From NCBI RefSeq assembly GCF_006345805.1, contig NC_043004.1, positions 15,810,001 to 15,874,000 of the forward strand: 64,000 nucleotides of DNA, written 5' to 3'. Origin of the DNA: Octopus sinensis. Lineage: Eukaryota. The notes under the pieces were generated by a model. It was not told the origin of the DNA. It was given only the letters and a program-made list of their open reading frames with translations, and ran no database searches. How positions within the stretch are numbered: the first letter of the stretch is position 1; every line of letters starts with the position of its first letter. Made by a program: the position numbers and the translations under genes. This document shows, one piece after another, positions 1-13,600 of this stretch.

Positions 1-1188
1 TTCAGTGGAAACGAAGGTTATTTATTTCTTCCATACTTCATTTTAATGGTATGCGACCATATCACTTAGTATATACATATATATTTCATATGCCTATGCT
101 CTCATCCACCAGTTGATATTGAAAACTGAACTTTCCTTAGCCATCTGTTCTGCAAAACGGAAAGATAGATTAAGAACCTAGTACAGAGATCGATTTGTTT
201 GACTAAACTCTTAAAAGCCAAACATCAACATGACTGCACTCCTATGAATGTAATAATGAATAATAAACAATAAGTTTATCGTAATTTTAAAAAATCTTTA
301 CATTTAATCAATTTACACATGAATGAATTGATTATACAGAAAAATAGCCCAAATGCCTTGTAATCCACTGGCATTTTACATATTAATTCGCCATGAGCAG
401 AGGACTGTCTCCCAGAAAAAAAAAGCAATCGCATGTCAGAATAGTGTAGGGTAATTTTAAGCACTGCTGGTATCCATATTATCCTTATATACCGAAATAA
501 GGCGCAGCAAGTGTCGGTATCTAACGATTTGTTCTTGAATGATAACAGACGTATATACTCAGAAATCGGGCGTGAATTCTATGAAATTCTGAACCAAACT
601 TAGAAACTTTAAAATATCTATAATCTATTTAAATATTACATCAGAGATTTTAGCAAATGCATATATTTCTTTAAGTTTCTTTCGAATAATTACTATCGAA
701 CATGACAGCTTGTCTGAATAAATATACCAGATAATCATATATTACAAAAAACATGCCGATAGACGCATATCTATGCAGATATGAAGTGTGTTTGTGCCTT
801 AGTCTGTGTATATGTTTACAGATACAAGCAAATTATTCAACTTTATATTTTCTATTTTGTATGTTTTCAAGTGTATAATACTGACACAAACATTCGTTTA
901 ACATTTAATCTAAAGCTTATAACCAATCCCAGGTACGTGAATATAGCAGAGAAGTTTTATACGCGTAACGAAATTAAAATGTAAAAGCATTATCTTAAAT
1001 GTTTAGTCGCTATCAGTTTTTTAAGGTTTTAAATGTTCAAGATCTATGGCTAGCATAACAGAGATAATGTATCAATAAGAGGTAAGCTCCCTTTCATCTG
1101 ATATGTGTAGGTTGCGCAAACACTGAAGTTTAATACTTGGCAGTCAATCTATTTTGTTTACTGAGCTAATGAGTAATAGTGCAGGCTT

Positions 1189-1520
1189 ATATGCTGTGTT
1201 AAGACACCAGATATCCGAGAGGTCCAATGTGGATAATAATTGTAATATATATATATTGGTATATATATATATTACAATTATTATCCACATTGACCCTCTA
1301 GTATATCTGGTGTCTTAATGCAGCATATTTATTATTAAAGCTGCGATGCATTACAACATATGACAAAAACAGCTAGTCAGAGTTTCAGCTTCCCGTTCGT
1401 TGGAAAATTGTGATTTAGAATTTCAACCACAACTGTCCGACGAACAAGAACGTAAAACTCTGAGTGACAGTTTTTACTTTTATAGTTTGTGATGTTCTTG
1501 CAGCTTTAATAATTAAGTAT
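1189..1520 (+). mobile_element. Short non-coding Penelope-like element end with 5' inverted tail (hairpin 1189-1328) and decayed hammerhead
   Basis: Arms of about 68 bp (1189-1256 and 1261-1328) are near-perfect reverse complements around a TGGT loop. A hammerhead-like motif follows at 1431-1472. The right boundary is approximate. Confidence 0.55.
1431..1472 (+). ncRNA. Decayed minimal type I hammerhead ribozyme motif
   Basis: AACTGT-CCGACGA-AC(AAGAAC)GT-AAAA-CTCTGAG-T-G-ACAGTT. Stem I is a perfect 6 bp and stem III (ACTC-T-GAGT) is palindromic, but U4, G12 and H17 deviate from the core. Confidence 0.5.
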
Positions 1521-1743
1521 ATGTGAGTGAATATATATATATATTTATATGGTATAATCTAATATATATTACGATAAATATATGTATTTTATATAGCGCC
1601 CACGAGCAAGATGCAGCGGATTTTCTCCAAGCTGAAATCTCTTATGGACGTGCATTGTATAGTGTAATGTTAGATACATAGCCACACATACAATCAGACA
1701 AGCAGGCCAACTTACAGACAGATGGACAGACAGCCAGAAATAC

Positions 1744-1821
<78 letters not shown>
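1744..1821. repeat. (GATA)n microsatellite
   Basis: Direct reading. It explains the YLSI-repeat ORF 1642-1845. Confidence 0.95.
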
Positions 1822-2953
1822 GTAAACAGACAGATACAGGGACACTCATATATAAGCCTGTCTAAAGGAGGACGCGTGTGTAATTATTTTATTATATTTT
1901 ATGAGTATTTGTGATCTATTTGCACATTATTTTTTTTATTTGTCACGCTATAATTGTATAAATATGAATATTCAATGATTTTAATAGTTATTTTATGTAA
2001 AACATTCATGCATTTAAAATTTTATTTGAATAATTTTCTATGATATAAAAAGTAGATAAATATCCCAATGTAATTATCATTTTTAGAACTTCATATTTTG
2101 AACTTGATAAACTTTGTGTGTATACGATTTCTATTTCTTATACCCGGTGGTCTAATGTAATGATCATTCAGTCTACTACACATACTAGCCAGCAGTTCAA
2201 TGCATTAAGATATAAATGCTTGTACAGCAAGGCATACCCATCAGTTGTTTTAACATGAAGTATGCCCCCATACATATATGCATATATGTACGCGTGTCCG
2301 TATATTTGTGTGTACATCAGTAGGCGCTGTACGGATGAATGTTCACAATTTTAGCTTCGAAAGTATTAAGCTTTGGTTTCAAATATTCTTTTGTGATATT
2401 TAGCAATCGTGTAATTTTCTATAGCTTCGAGTAGCGGCTCTTCATATTTATTGTATCTGTAATTCAAAGGTACACTTCTTTTCCAAACTGTGTCGTGCTA
2501 ATTCCATCTGTAATGCATACAAAGGCAGACGTGTTACTCTAAGTCATTTAGGATTTTAGTTAAAGTGTTCGAGAAACTGAACAGCTAAAAGTCGTAAAAT
2601 CTGACAGGATTCTGTACCGTGGTCACTTGGTCACTACTGACCTCCTCTCTCTCTCTCTCTTCCTCTCTCTTTCCCCACCCTCTCTCTCTCTCTGTATATA
2701 TATATATATATATATATATGCATACACTTTCCTAACAACAAGGTATGATAGACGCACAATGTAATAGCGAGCTTTTGATGCAAGGAAGTGCCTGTCTAAT
2801 GTCTAAAACGGCAAATATTACATACTTACTCTTCTAGGATTTTCGCGTAAACAGGTGTTACAAAAAGAGATAGTACGGAATCATTTGCAACTTATAATTA
2901 AATATGTATTAAAGAATGTTCTTTATCATCTTCATTTCACTGGGATATATATG

Positions 2954-3006
<53 letters not shown>

Positions 3007-3010
3007 TTAA

Positions 3011-3335
3011 GGCGTAGTTGTGGCTGTGTGCTAAGTAGTTTGCTTACAAACCACACCGTGGCGCCTTGGTCAAGTGTCTTCTACTAGAGCCTCGGTCCGA
3101 CCATATTCTTGTCAGTGGATTTGGTAGACGGAAACTGAATGAAGACCATCGTATATAAGTATATGTATATATGTGTGTGTGTGTGTGTCTGTGTCTGTGT
3201 TTGCCCCCCCCCCTCCCAGCATCGCTTGACAACCGATGCTGGCGCGTTTGCCTCCCTGCAACCTGGGGTCAATTTGCACGACTAAAGCCGGTGCTCCAGC
3301 ATGGTGACAGTCAAAAGACTGAAACAATTAAAGGA

Positions 3336-3338
<3 letters not shown>
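3011..3338 (+). mobile_element. tRNA-derived SINE family A (CORE-like), internally deleted copy
   Basis: Head GGCGTAGTTGTGGCTGTGTG, body CCTTGGTCAAGTGTCTTCTACTAGAGCCTCGG...GGAAACTGAA, internal (TA)/(TG) tract, tail GACTGAAACAA. Homologous to the full copy at 30806-31227. Confidence 0.85.
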
Positions 3339-3381
<43 letters not shown>

Positions 3382-4350
3382 TATATATACATATATATAT
3401 CTTCCGTTTGACGTATTTAGGTGCTTTTTGACTATGCATCTGAACCAATGAAAATGAAAAGATGAGAAACAGCCTGAGGTTACTAAACGGGGAATCACAT
3501 TCAGGATACCTAGGTTACTGATCTCATGCTGCCTTTAACTCGGTTATAACTCAGAATAATCTATACGCGAAGACTAGCAGTGTTTACGTGCTGAAATAGA
3601 TTATGGTATATGCTGTGATATAATATAATTTATTTAATTCCTAATGCTCTCAGCTGTGTAATATTTTTCGAAAGTTGCACAACTGTAATATATAACGCAC
3701 ATTTCTCAAATATAAGAAAAATTCCTATTAATTTTTCATTTCATCCTTATACTGTTCTGAACTTTCAAATAATACAGGCTATTGTTTGCCTACTAATTTG
3801 CATAATTTACATAAATGTTGATATGTCTTGAACATTAATTCGGAATGTTAATTATAAATTCCTATATCATACAACGTATGTCAGATTTAATTAGATATGT
3901 CAAAATTAATTAAATTTCTCCTTAAGAAAATGACTGCATATTTGCGAAATCACTAATTACATATGAATATCCGAAATATTTGTTTACTTTTCATTTTGTT
4001 ACGTTCAGCTACTTTGCCGTTTTGTTTTTTATGCTATTCATGGAGTGAATTGCCATTCTTTCACAAGACATCTTTCATATCCAAATTAAATGATTGTATA
4101 CTTTCCATATACAAAGACAGCTAACTCACGCCATATGCTTTATATATTTAACAGCAGTTACAGTTCTATCGAGAACATAGAGAACATAGGCATAAGTGGT
4201 TGGCGCTTATTTGGGTTCTAATGTCGTTGAAACATATTCTGAGTTAAACCGACTTCTTTGAACCTAACGCAAATGTAGGCTGCAGGGTTAGATTCCAATT
4301 TCAATTGGTGCATCTGCTAAACAATAAGTTTATCTCTCTCTCTCTCTCTT

Positions 4351-4387
<37 letters not shown>

Positions 4388-4410
4388 GCATGTATACAGA
4401 TATCCAGAGC

Positions 4411-4575
4411 GGTGCAGGCGTGGTTGTTTGGTAGGAAGCTTGATTCCTGATCACATAGTTCCGGGTTCAGTGTCCCTGCGGGGCATATTGGGCAAGTGTC
4501 TTCTACTATAGCCTCGGGCCGACCAAAGCCATCTGGGCGGATTTAGCAGACAGAAACTGAAAGCCGGTCATATAT
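4411..4575 (+). mobile_element. SINE family A, 5' half
   Basis: Head, B-box-like GGTTCAGTG and body TTGGGCAAGTGTCTTCTACTATAGCCTCGGGCCGACCAAAGCC. Confidence 0.85.
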
Positions 4576-4696
4576 ATATATATATATTGGGATTTTCTAC
4601 ACCTGAAATTTTCAGATCCCGACAGTGTTGATAGCCCATTATTCCCTTCTCTGGGTACATCTTCAACTTCACACCCAACCGAGTTCAGCCGTTTGA

Positions 4697-4794
<98 letters not shown>

Positions 4795-4884
4795 GAAAGA
4801 GAGAGAGAGAGAGAGAGTCAAACTGACAGACAGCTAGCTAGCTAGCTAGAAAGATAGATTGATACATTGATACAGACATACATA

Positions 4885-7025
4885 TGATGATGATTGCCGT
4901 CCACTTGTGACCGAAGAAGTACATTGCTGACCTTTAGGAACATTGTACATTCCGTTATTGTCTAATAAGCGCTGCTCCTGACAAGCTTACCTGACTGTAA
5001 GCATTGCAAACCAAGCTTTCCCGATTCGCTACACGGACAGTGCGCTTTCGAGTAGCACGCTAAAATTCTTCATGCAGAATATCTGCCCTCTCAAATGTGT
5101 CGATCCCTTCCTTAACCTGCTTTCTCCATCAGTGCCAATGATAGGCATAGGTCTCCTAGTCAGTCTCTTGCATATCACACACCTTTAATGAAGACTTCAC
5201 TTAGTCCTTAACCGCAGCCTTGGTTTCTGTTGGAGTCTCTTTCCACTAACAAGTTCTCCATAAAGTATTTGAGTAGGGATCCTGCTATCTTTCATTCTAA
5301 TAAGGTATCAAGTCCAACGTAACGGGTGCTGGTGCACCATCGCATCAATTCTCAAGATATGCGTGTCTGGAGTTTTTAAGGTTCAGCCAACATTCAGAAT
5401 GTGTCTCAGACACCTCTGATGAAAGCGTTCAAGGGCCCTTACATGACATTTGTAAATGGCCCGTGTAAAGGAACGATGTCAGTACACATGCACGGTGCAC
5501 AGCAATTTCTGTTTGCCTTGTGATGCCAAGCTGGGAACAGACACGAGACTGAAGAGACTGTAAGGAATCAGTTACTCTCTGCTGCTTGAAAGTTATTACA
5601 TCATCCCGGGAGCAAAAATGGCCGGGTGTGCTGCCCAGGTAGACAAATTTGTCTACCACTTTCAGTATTGTTCCACATATGGTCAGGATAGATCATTACA
5701 ACACTCTTGTCCAGGACGTCCAGGCTAATGCTGAGTCCGAACGCCTTGCAAGAAGCAGAAATACGATTCATAAGTATTTGCATAACATCCACTGTATGAG
5801 TTTAAAACTGTTGAATTGGTAGCAAATCGGCGCAGATTAAAAGGCGGCCAGGAGATCAATATCTAACACCTATTTCCAGAGAGCTAACCTTAGTAAAACC
5901 ATGGGTAAAGCAACAGCAAAGTACAAAGAAAAGAGAGTTGGAACAAGGATGTCACCCTGCTTGACACCATTCTCTATAGGAATGGGTCCCGCCATGCCAC
6001 ACCAACATTGACTCAAGCCTCTATTCCATCATGAAATGATTTAAGTATAGATACAAAGGGATTCAAACATCCAGGTTTGCCAAGTATTTTCCATAGCAAG
6101 GCCCTATTCACAGTATCAATGGCCTTGATTAAATCAATGAATACCTGGACAAGATCCATATTCTGCTCATAGCACTTCGCCTGCATCTGTCTTGCTGCGC
6201 AAATCATATCCATTATCCCTCTACCAGATCGGAAGCCGCATTAAGTTTCGGATAGAACATCATTACATCATTTCCGACACAAGCATTGAGGCGGATAAGA
6301 AGAATATTTGCCAGAACCTTGACAACAGCTGGTTGTAGAGCAATACCTCTGTAGTTACCACGTATTATTCTGGCTCCTTTTTCCTTTATAGAGAGGAAGA
6401 ATAATTGAATCCTTCTAGTTCCTCCAGGCTACGCTAATAAGTTTATGAAGGAATTTTATGATGTAATCACCATCAAATCGCAAGACTTCAGCAAAATTCC
6501 CATCCTTTCCAGGTGCCCCACTAACATTCAATTTAATTATTGCTGCGTCCTCATCTATTGAGGACGTGGGATTTCAGGAGCCAATGATAAGTCTTTATTC
6601 CATGTATCAGTCACTGTTTCATTCACAACTGACTCGTGGTTCAGGAATTGAGAGAAGTGTTCAATCCATTGACTTGTGATTTCTGTTGATTTAGTAAATA
6701 GAGTAGAAGACTTCTTGGAGAACAAAGGGGGTGATGTAGAGCTCTTAGGTTCATAAACTTGATTCATGAGATGGTAAAGCTTGTTGCTGTCAATTGCATC
6801 AGCAGCAGCCTGAACATCACGAGCAAGATCCTCCCATCAAGTGATCTTCATTTTCCTGACAGATCGTTGCAGTAGTGATTTTACACTGCTGTAGTAGGCA
6901 AGAGCTAGATTTCGCTGCACAACTCAAGTCCTCTCTGCAGTAATACATTATGTGCATGGCGCTTTAGAACCAATAGTCTTTGAACTTCAGCATCATTTTC
7001 ATCAAACTTGTCTCTGTGTGTGGCA
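4885..7025 (-). mobile_element. Decayed RTE-clade LINE (ORF2 reverse transcriptase), 5'-truncated
   Basis: Minus-strand frames give GNYRGIAL, DMICAARQMQAKCYEQ..FIDLIKAIDTVNRALLWKIL, NGVKQGDILVPTLFSLYF, KAFGLSIS and VDKFVYLGS in RT order, with many stops and frameshifts. Confidence 0.9.
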
Positions 7026-7035
7026 GTAGTATACT

Positions 7036-7083
7036 ACTGATAGATAGATAGAGAGATAGAGAGAGAGAGAGAAAGAGAGAGAG

Positions 7084-7168
<85 letters not shown>
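7036..7168. repeat. (GA)n/(GATA)n microsatellite
   Basis: Direct reading. Confidence 0.95.
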
Positions 7169-7169
<1 letters not shown>

Positions 7170-9068
7170 ATAAGGATAAGATGGTTATTTAATATACCGA
7201 TCATATCAAGTCGCTAGCGTGGGAATAAAAACTTTATAGGTATAAATTATTATCAAAATTAAAATCAAGGGTATCTTAATAAAGGGTATCACAGTTTTCG
7301 AAATAGTGTGGAAACGTTCGTCCAAACTGTATACTTCGTACAGGTTGATATGTCGTAGGTTGGCTGTTTGTCATATTTGAAACAAGCAAGAAAGTTTTCC
7401 GTTTGGAAAGCGATACAATAACGTGGTGAAACCAGAAATGACAATTTATGAACGAATATAATGTCGAGACCCACCACTTTTATCAGAACCTAAATGTTTA
7501 TTCGTATGTAGTCAGAGATATAAAGCTCTAATGAAGCAATATCGATTTGATTGATAACTTGGAACATTTATATTTTCACAAATGCTACAACTATAGAAAT
7601 ATGATATTTAATGTAGCCAAGAGATAGCTAAAGATTTCACACATATAAAACAGTAAAACCAGCCGCCATATCAAAGAGGCAGCTGAATGTTTACTATTAG
7701 TTTAACCCCAGACAGTTTCTCCACCTACTAGTTATCGATGTAACGTTCTACTCGCGGAGAATCTGTATAGGGTTAAGCTAGTAGCAACATTAAACTGACA
7801 GTTTGATGTAGCGACTGACTTTACTGTTTAGTATACTACTCAATCTCTCATTGAGGTTATAAAACATTGGCTCATATATTTGTCATGTTCTATATATTTG
7901 TCAGCAAAACATTATCACAGAAAAGTACGCCAGTAGGCATTTTGAAGAATTAAGTAATCCAACCGGCATTGTAGGATTCTGAAACTCGGTGGCATGCTAT
8001 TTAATTGCTAGCGAGAAATTTTCTCTTTCTAAATTTATTTGCTATTTCATATTGAACTCATATATTATGGATCTCAAAAGATTAACTGAGGTTAATCATC
8101 TGTTTAACAAAATTACTAGCCGCCATTTGACAGGCTCAATTATCACATATACCACTTTCCCTATCGTGTAATATGATTTAGATTGAATTCTCTTTGATGA
8201 CAGCCTCGCAAGTGCCTGTTTCAACGGTAAAGAGCATATGTGCGTCTACCTAATCTTCACACGTTGTGGAAAAGCTGTTTTGAAGCCATTCATTTAATTA
8301 CTGTCCGCTGTCAGAGGGGAAACTGAGTATTGATTACTTTTGTTAATTCAGAGATGCCAGAAAGCAATCAAACATGTAAGAGAAAAGATCCGTAATATCA
8401 GATGAAAACTTTATATTGGCATCCACTTCTGTTCTTAAACAGAGCCAAACATAAGGCACCAGGGCACAGTTCTCTCATTAGAAAACCGATAATACAAATA
8501 GATTCAACTCCAAATGGGCATGACCTTTCTTTTCGGTCTCTTTTTAAATCTATAAAATGACAATTTATCAACTCCGACGCGATAGTGAAACTGCAGTTAA
8601 GCAATAAATTACGTAAATTTATGAAGAGTTTTGTCATAGTAAACTACGAAGTCATTTTCTATTTGACCTTAATTATACGTTTGTACTTGCTAGGATGGTT
8701 ACGTAGCATTTTAATATCAACTTCCAGCAAAACGTATCAAGCATCAGCTGATTTAAACACGCTTCGAAATTATGGGATGCTGTCATTCATTGATATACTA
8801 GAGAAGATGCGGGATGGACAGATATTAGCTAGGGAGGAAAACTTGAAATATGTTTGGGAATTCAAATTCGACATAACAAAATGTGATCAAAATTGGAATT
8901 AATATGAACAAATGTATCTGCGTGATGTTTATGAGTGTGTTCACATACATACATACATACAAAAATAGTCTGTTGTTGATGTTAAAATGCATGAGCCTTG
9001 GATGTAGGTTAGAAACCAGCTCTTTCTCTATTGGCAAGAAATCTTGAAAAAAATTATTAATGACATAT

Positions 9069-9114
<46 letters not shown>

Positions 9115-10479
9115 CATCGTCTGACGGGTCGGTAGCGACAAAACCGGACGCCATACCAAGATAAGAAAGCTGATTTTCATAGGCTATCCTGTAGGATTTA
9201 AAGAAACACTGACAGGATTTGGACGCGCTGAGTAGGGTCAACAGCCATCCAACAGCTAAGAATGAGGCAACCTTAGTCATTCTTTAGACCTCTCTCTACA
9301 AAGACATTCTGAAATATCCCCCACCTAACTATGTAGCTGGGAATCTTGTTTTTGCTTCTTTCTTGAGTACATCGCTTCGGAGGTGAGGGTCAACGGCGTT
9401 AAACAAGCTTTTCTTCACTTTCAATTTCAGGAAGGACAATAACTGACAGTCATTGATTTTACATCAATATTCGGATACTTTATGAGCTATGGTCATATAT
9501 GTCTTCGAGCTGACAGCCATTGCATACAATTTACTGTTTCTCGGAAATATGTTGCTTAATTTACTTATGTCGTTGTGTCATTGTCTGAAATGACTAAAAT
9601 GTATTGCAATGACTTGTTCTTAGAATCAGCTTTTAATTGAAGAACAGGTTTTATGAGAAAATTCATGTGCAACTTACTTAGCATTGCGTTTCTTCAAATG
9701 GAAATATTTTTTAGAGAAATTAATTACTATATGTATATATTATATGTGACCGTGTATGAGTGTGTGTGTGTGTGTGTGTGAATGTGTGTGCATCTACACA
9801 CATACACACACAGGCATACGCGTACACGTCAGTGTGTGTGCGTCTATCTGTACGAACGTGTTGATTCAGACATATTTACAGTTGCGCACACATGTATTTA
9901 CATGTGTGCATATGTGCCTGTGTGCGTGTGTGCATGTCTATGTGTGCGTGCATGTGTGCTTCTATATATGCCTTGCTATATTGATATTCTATCTACTTTC
10001 TACATGTTTCTTTCTTTCGTATTTCGATCGTTCTCTCCTACTCTAGTGATTACTAATAAAACTCTACGAAAACAGGCCGCTCTCAGGCATAAACATTCCA
10101 TCATTCTCTTTTAGTTCTTGAATGTTTTGTATAGTTAATGGAATCTCTCCATTTCCTGACCTTGTGATGTAAATCTAAAACAATATGAGTTGTTTCAGTA
10201 CAAAAATAATCTCCCTTAGAAGAAAGTCGAAGTAATTCATTAATAGATGTTTCTAATGTAGCAACATATGTGTCTATATATATATATATATGCACATGCA
10301 TGTGTGTGAGTACATATTATTTTTGACCGGTATAATAAAAACAATCTACTACAAAACAAACTACATAATTTACATTACGATACAATTTGAAATATATTCC
10401 AGAAATTATATACGAGCATTGCCATAACTTCCCAGACGCTCTAAAATGTGCTCTTCGGTATCTGACCTCTCTGTCTGTG

Positions 10480-10482
10480 CTA

Positions 10483-10563
<81 letters not shown>

Positions 10564-10569
10564 TGTGTG

Positions 10570-10605
<36 letters not shown>

Positions 10606-10694
10606 AATTAGGGCTTAGTATTCGCCTTAAATGGTCCTTTACATACTGAACACTTGGTGAAATTGATTAATTAATTAATTTTACCCTCAATTGT

Positions 10695-10777
<83 letters not shown>

Positions 10778-10786
10778 ATATATATA
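10480..10786. repeat. (TA)n/(TG)n microsatellite cluster
   Basis: Direct reading. Confidence 0.9.
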
Positions 10787-11637
10787 TTCCTTCTTGCACC
10801 CACCTTTATAGATCTCATCCCAAACTGAAAACAGCACGGAATATTTTGGGAAAAGTGGTATAACAAAGTATAATTTAATATATTATTGTAATCTGATGAT
10901 TGTTTTCATTTTGTTAATTGAAAAAATGAGAATAATGTGTAGATATTCTAAGGAGTTCTAATTATATTGACAAACTACCAATTTGGCATAATCCTTTAGA
11001 TGATATTTTAATATAGACGTCACAAAGTATTGCTGAAAATGCATATAAAATGAAAATCAATATAGTAGATATATATATATATATTTGTCCTGCCAAACCA
11101 TCTAAATTCCCAAAAATCTTCATTTTTCATTCTTTACTACTAACATTTGTCACTTTCTTTTTCTTTTTCTTTTTCTTTTTTCTTTCCTTTATTCCTCTCT
11201 TTTTCATTTTTTATTATATTATTTTATTATTTCATTATTTTATTATTTTGTCATTTTTCTTCTTACTTTCTCCTAATTCTCTCTTTTTTCTCTTTTTGAT
11301 TTGGTCTTATTTTTCTCTTTCTTCATTCCTCTCTTCCTGTTTTCGATTTGTCCCTACTAATACACACCCTATTTTTAGGTCACTTTAAAAAAAAAAAACT
11401 TTATTCAATAACACTGTGTATAAACTCTATATTTGGAATGACCAATTTTAAATACTAATGGTTTTTACCCTTAAATTATTGGAATCTTATATATATATAC
11501 CATTCTGCCTTAAAACATTGTTCTACAAATGCAATATCCCTACATATCTCACATCTATTTTCTTTTATTTCCTCCATCTCACTCTCTATTTTATATCTTA
11601 TCTAAATTAACTATTTCTTAACCATCCTCTCACACCA

Positions 11638-11683
11638 TCTCCGATGATGGGATATAATGTATATCCTGGACACAGCTGTAAGA
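11638..11683 (+). ncRNA. Decayed minimal type I hammerhead motif within a pyrimidine-rich Penelope-like repeat (about 11070-11760)
   Basis: TCT-CCGATGA-TGGGATAT(AATGT)ATATCCTG-GACA-CAGCTG-T-A-AGA. Stem II is 8 bp with two G-U pairs, stem III (ACAGCTGT) is palindromic, and there are two core substitutions (U4C, A14C). Confidence 0.6.
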
Positions 11684-11898
11684 CCTTCTATCTATAAATG
11701 TTCTAAAATCTATACAGCCTTGGTTTTTTATCTCATTACGAAAACAAAATTATATACACGCTGACATATGACCAACGTTGAGGCCCTTATTCGTATAATC
11801 CCCGAAACTGGAACTTAACTACGGTCTATCTATAGCACTTATTCAGCATTACCTGACACCTTTGAGTCTCAATGACGCTATTACCACTCATAACCTCC

Positions 11899-11931
<33 letters not shown>

Positions 11932-12028
11932 TATAGAGAGAGAGAGAGAAGAGAGAGATATGTATGTATATATGTGTATATGTATATGTATAAATATGTA
12001 TGTATGTATATATATATATATTATATAT

Positions 12029-12079
<51 letters not shown>

Positions 12080-12394
12080 GCGTTCATGAATTAACGTTAA
12101 TTGCAAATATTTTCATTATTATGATACTTTTCATTGTACAACGTTTAAGCAGTCAATATAAATTACAATGAGTGGCATTATACAGTAACATAAATCATAA
12201 AAAGGAAATACTGTTTTGTATACATAACGAAAACACATAAGAAATAGTCAGATCAATGTATCGGATGATATTTTTTCATTTGGATTTGTTATTTTATGTC
12301 TAATAATATCTCACTTAAAACGTTGAAAATTTTCATGAGACAGATTATTAATGATTTGATATAAGAATGTTTGTCAAGTGGCCTCTAGGAGACA

Positions 12395-13290
12395 CCACTG
12401 AACAAAGTACAAAGTCGACCAGTTTTCATACTTAGGACGTTTGCCTTCCAACAAATACACATCGGAAAAGAACGTGGAGAACCGATTAAGAGCGCCTCAC
12501 ACCGCGTGTGGTGGATTCCTGAAAATGATATTTAAGAACAAAGAACTGAACCACCAAACAAAAGTGAGTGTCTACCAAGCAGCCGTGATCTCCATTATCC
12601 TCTGCGGTTGTGATAACTGGACTCGTTACCGAAGTGCCATCAAAAGCCTAGAGCGACATCACTAACAGAAGCACCACTCTATTATGAATATGAAATGAAA
12701 TGACTATGTAATCGATATCTCTGTTCTATATAGAACGAAAAGCAGCAGCATCGAGGCCGCCATCCTAAAACATCCCCTGAGATGTACTGGCTACTTAACA
12801 AGAATGAAAGAGACGAGGCTGCCTCGTCAAAGTTTATATGGGGAACTTTCCACCGGAAGAAGGCTGCATGGCTGTCCCCTCCGTCGATAAAATGACCAGC
12901 TGAAGCATAGCCTAAAACTGACTAGAATCGATCCTAAAGCTTGGGACATTGAAGGTCAGGACAGGCACGGCTGACATCATTCCATTTCCACTGTGACAAA
13001 TCATTTTGAACATTAACGACCAAGGAAAGAAGAAAAGAAACGACAAGAAAGAAAATGGAAGCTGTAATAACAAAAGCCTCTAAAACGAATCCCTTGTGAA
13101 CTTTGCAATAGACGTTTCTATGCAAGAACTTGCTTCTTTTGTCATCAGATGCATAACACACGGAGAGAGGGGAAGAAGCGGTCAAGACGAAGCCAAATAA
13201 AAAATCAGTCACACGATGACACGCCGACGATGAAGTCAGATGCAACTGCAGATCCGCGAGAGACTTCCTGCTGCAAGCTCAATGCAGAAG
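12395..13290 (+). mobile_element. Decayed RTE-clade LINE, 3' end of ORF2
   Basis: VDQFSYLG..VENRL..TKVSVYQAAVISIILCGCDNWTRYRSAIKSLERHH, then RLPRQSLYGEL..DQLKHSLK: a typical RTE C-terminal region with stops. Confidence 0.85.
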
Positions 13291-13299
13291 ATTCAATGT

Positions 13300-13600
13300 C
13301 GCATACTAATGCACTGTTTACAAACATAGTAAATAACTCCTACAGCTACTACATTGGATGTACCACACATTTTAAACGAAGATATTATGCGCATTTAAAC
13401 GCGTAATGTGAACGGTGAGTGTCAGATAATAAAAGCAAAAACAGGTATACTTTTGCATTATTTTCGAAACATCTCTCAGATAAAAGATTTTAGATAGTGG
13501 TGTATATAGAATGAGTTGCTAAATCACATGACAGTTTTTATAGTCTGAAAGTATGGTACATAATAATCAAATGCTGGATCAAACTGTTGGAAAGCAAACG
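13300..13600 (+). mobile_element. Possible Penelope-like GIY-YIG endonuclease fragment (pseudogene)
   Basis: YYIGCTTHFKRRYYAH resembles the YIG-x-T..F..R..H motif of PLE endonucleases. The rest is too decayed to align. Confidence 0.4.
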
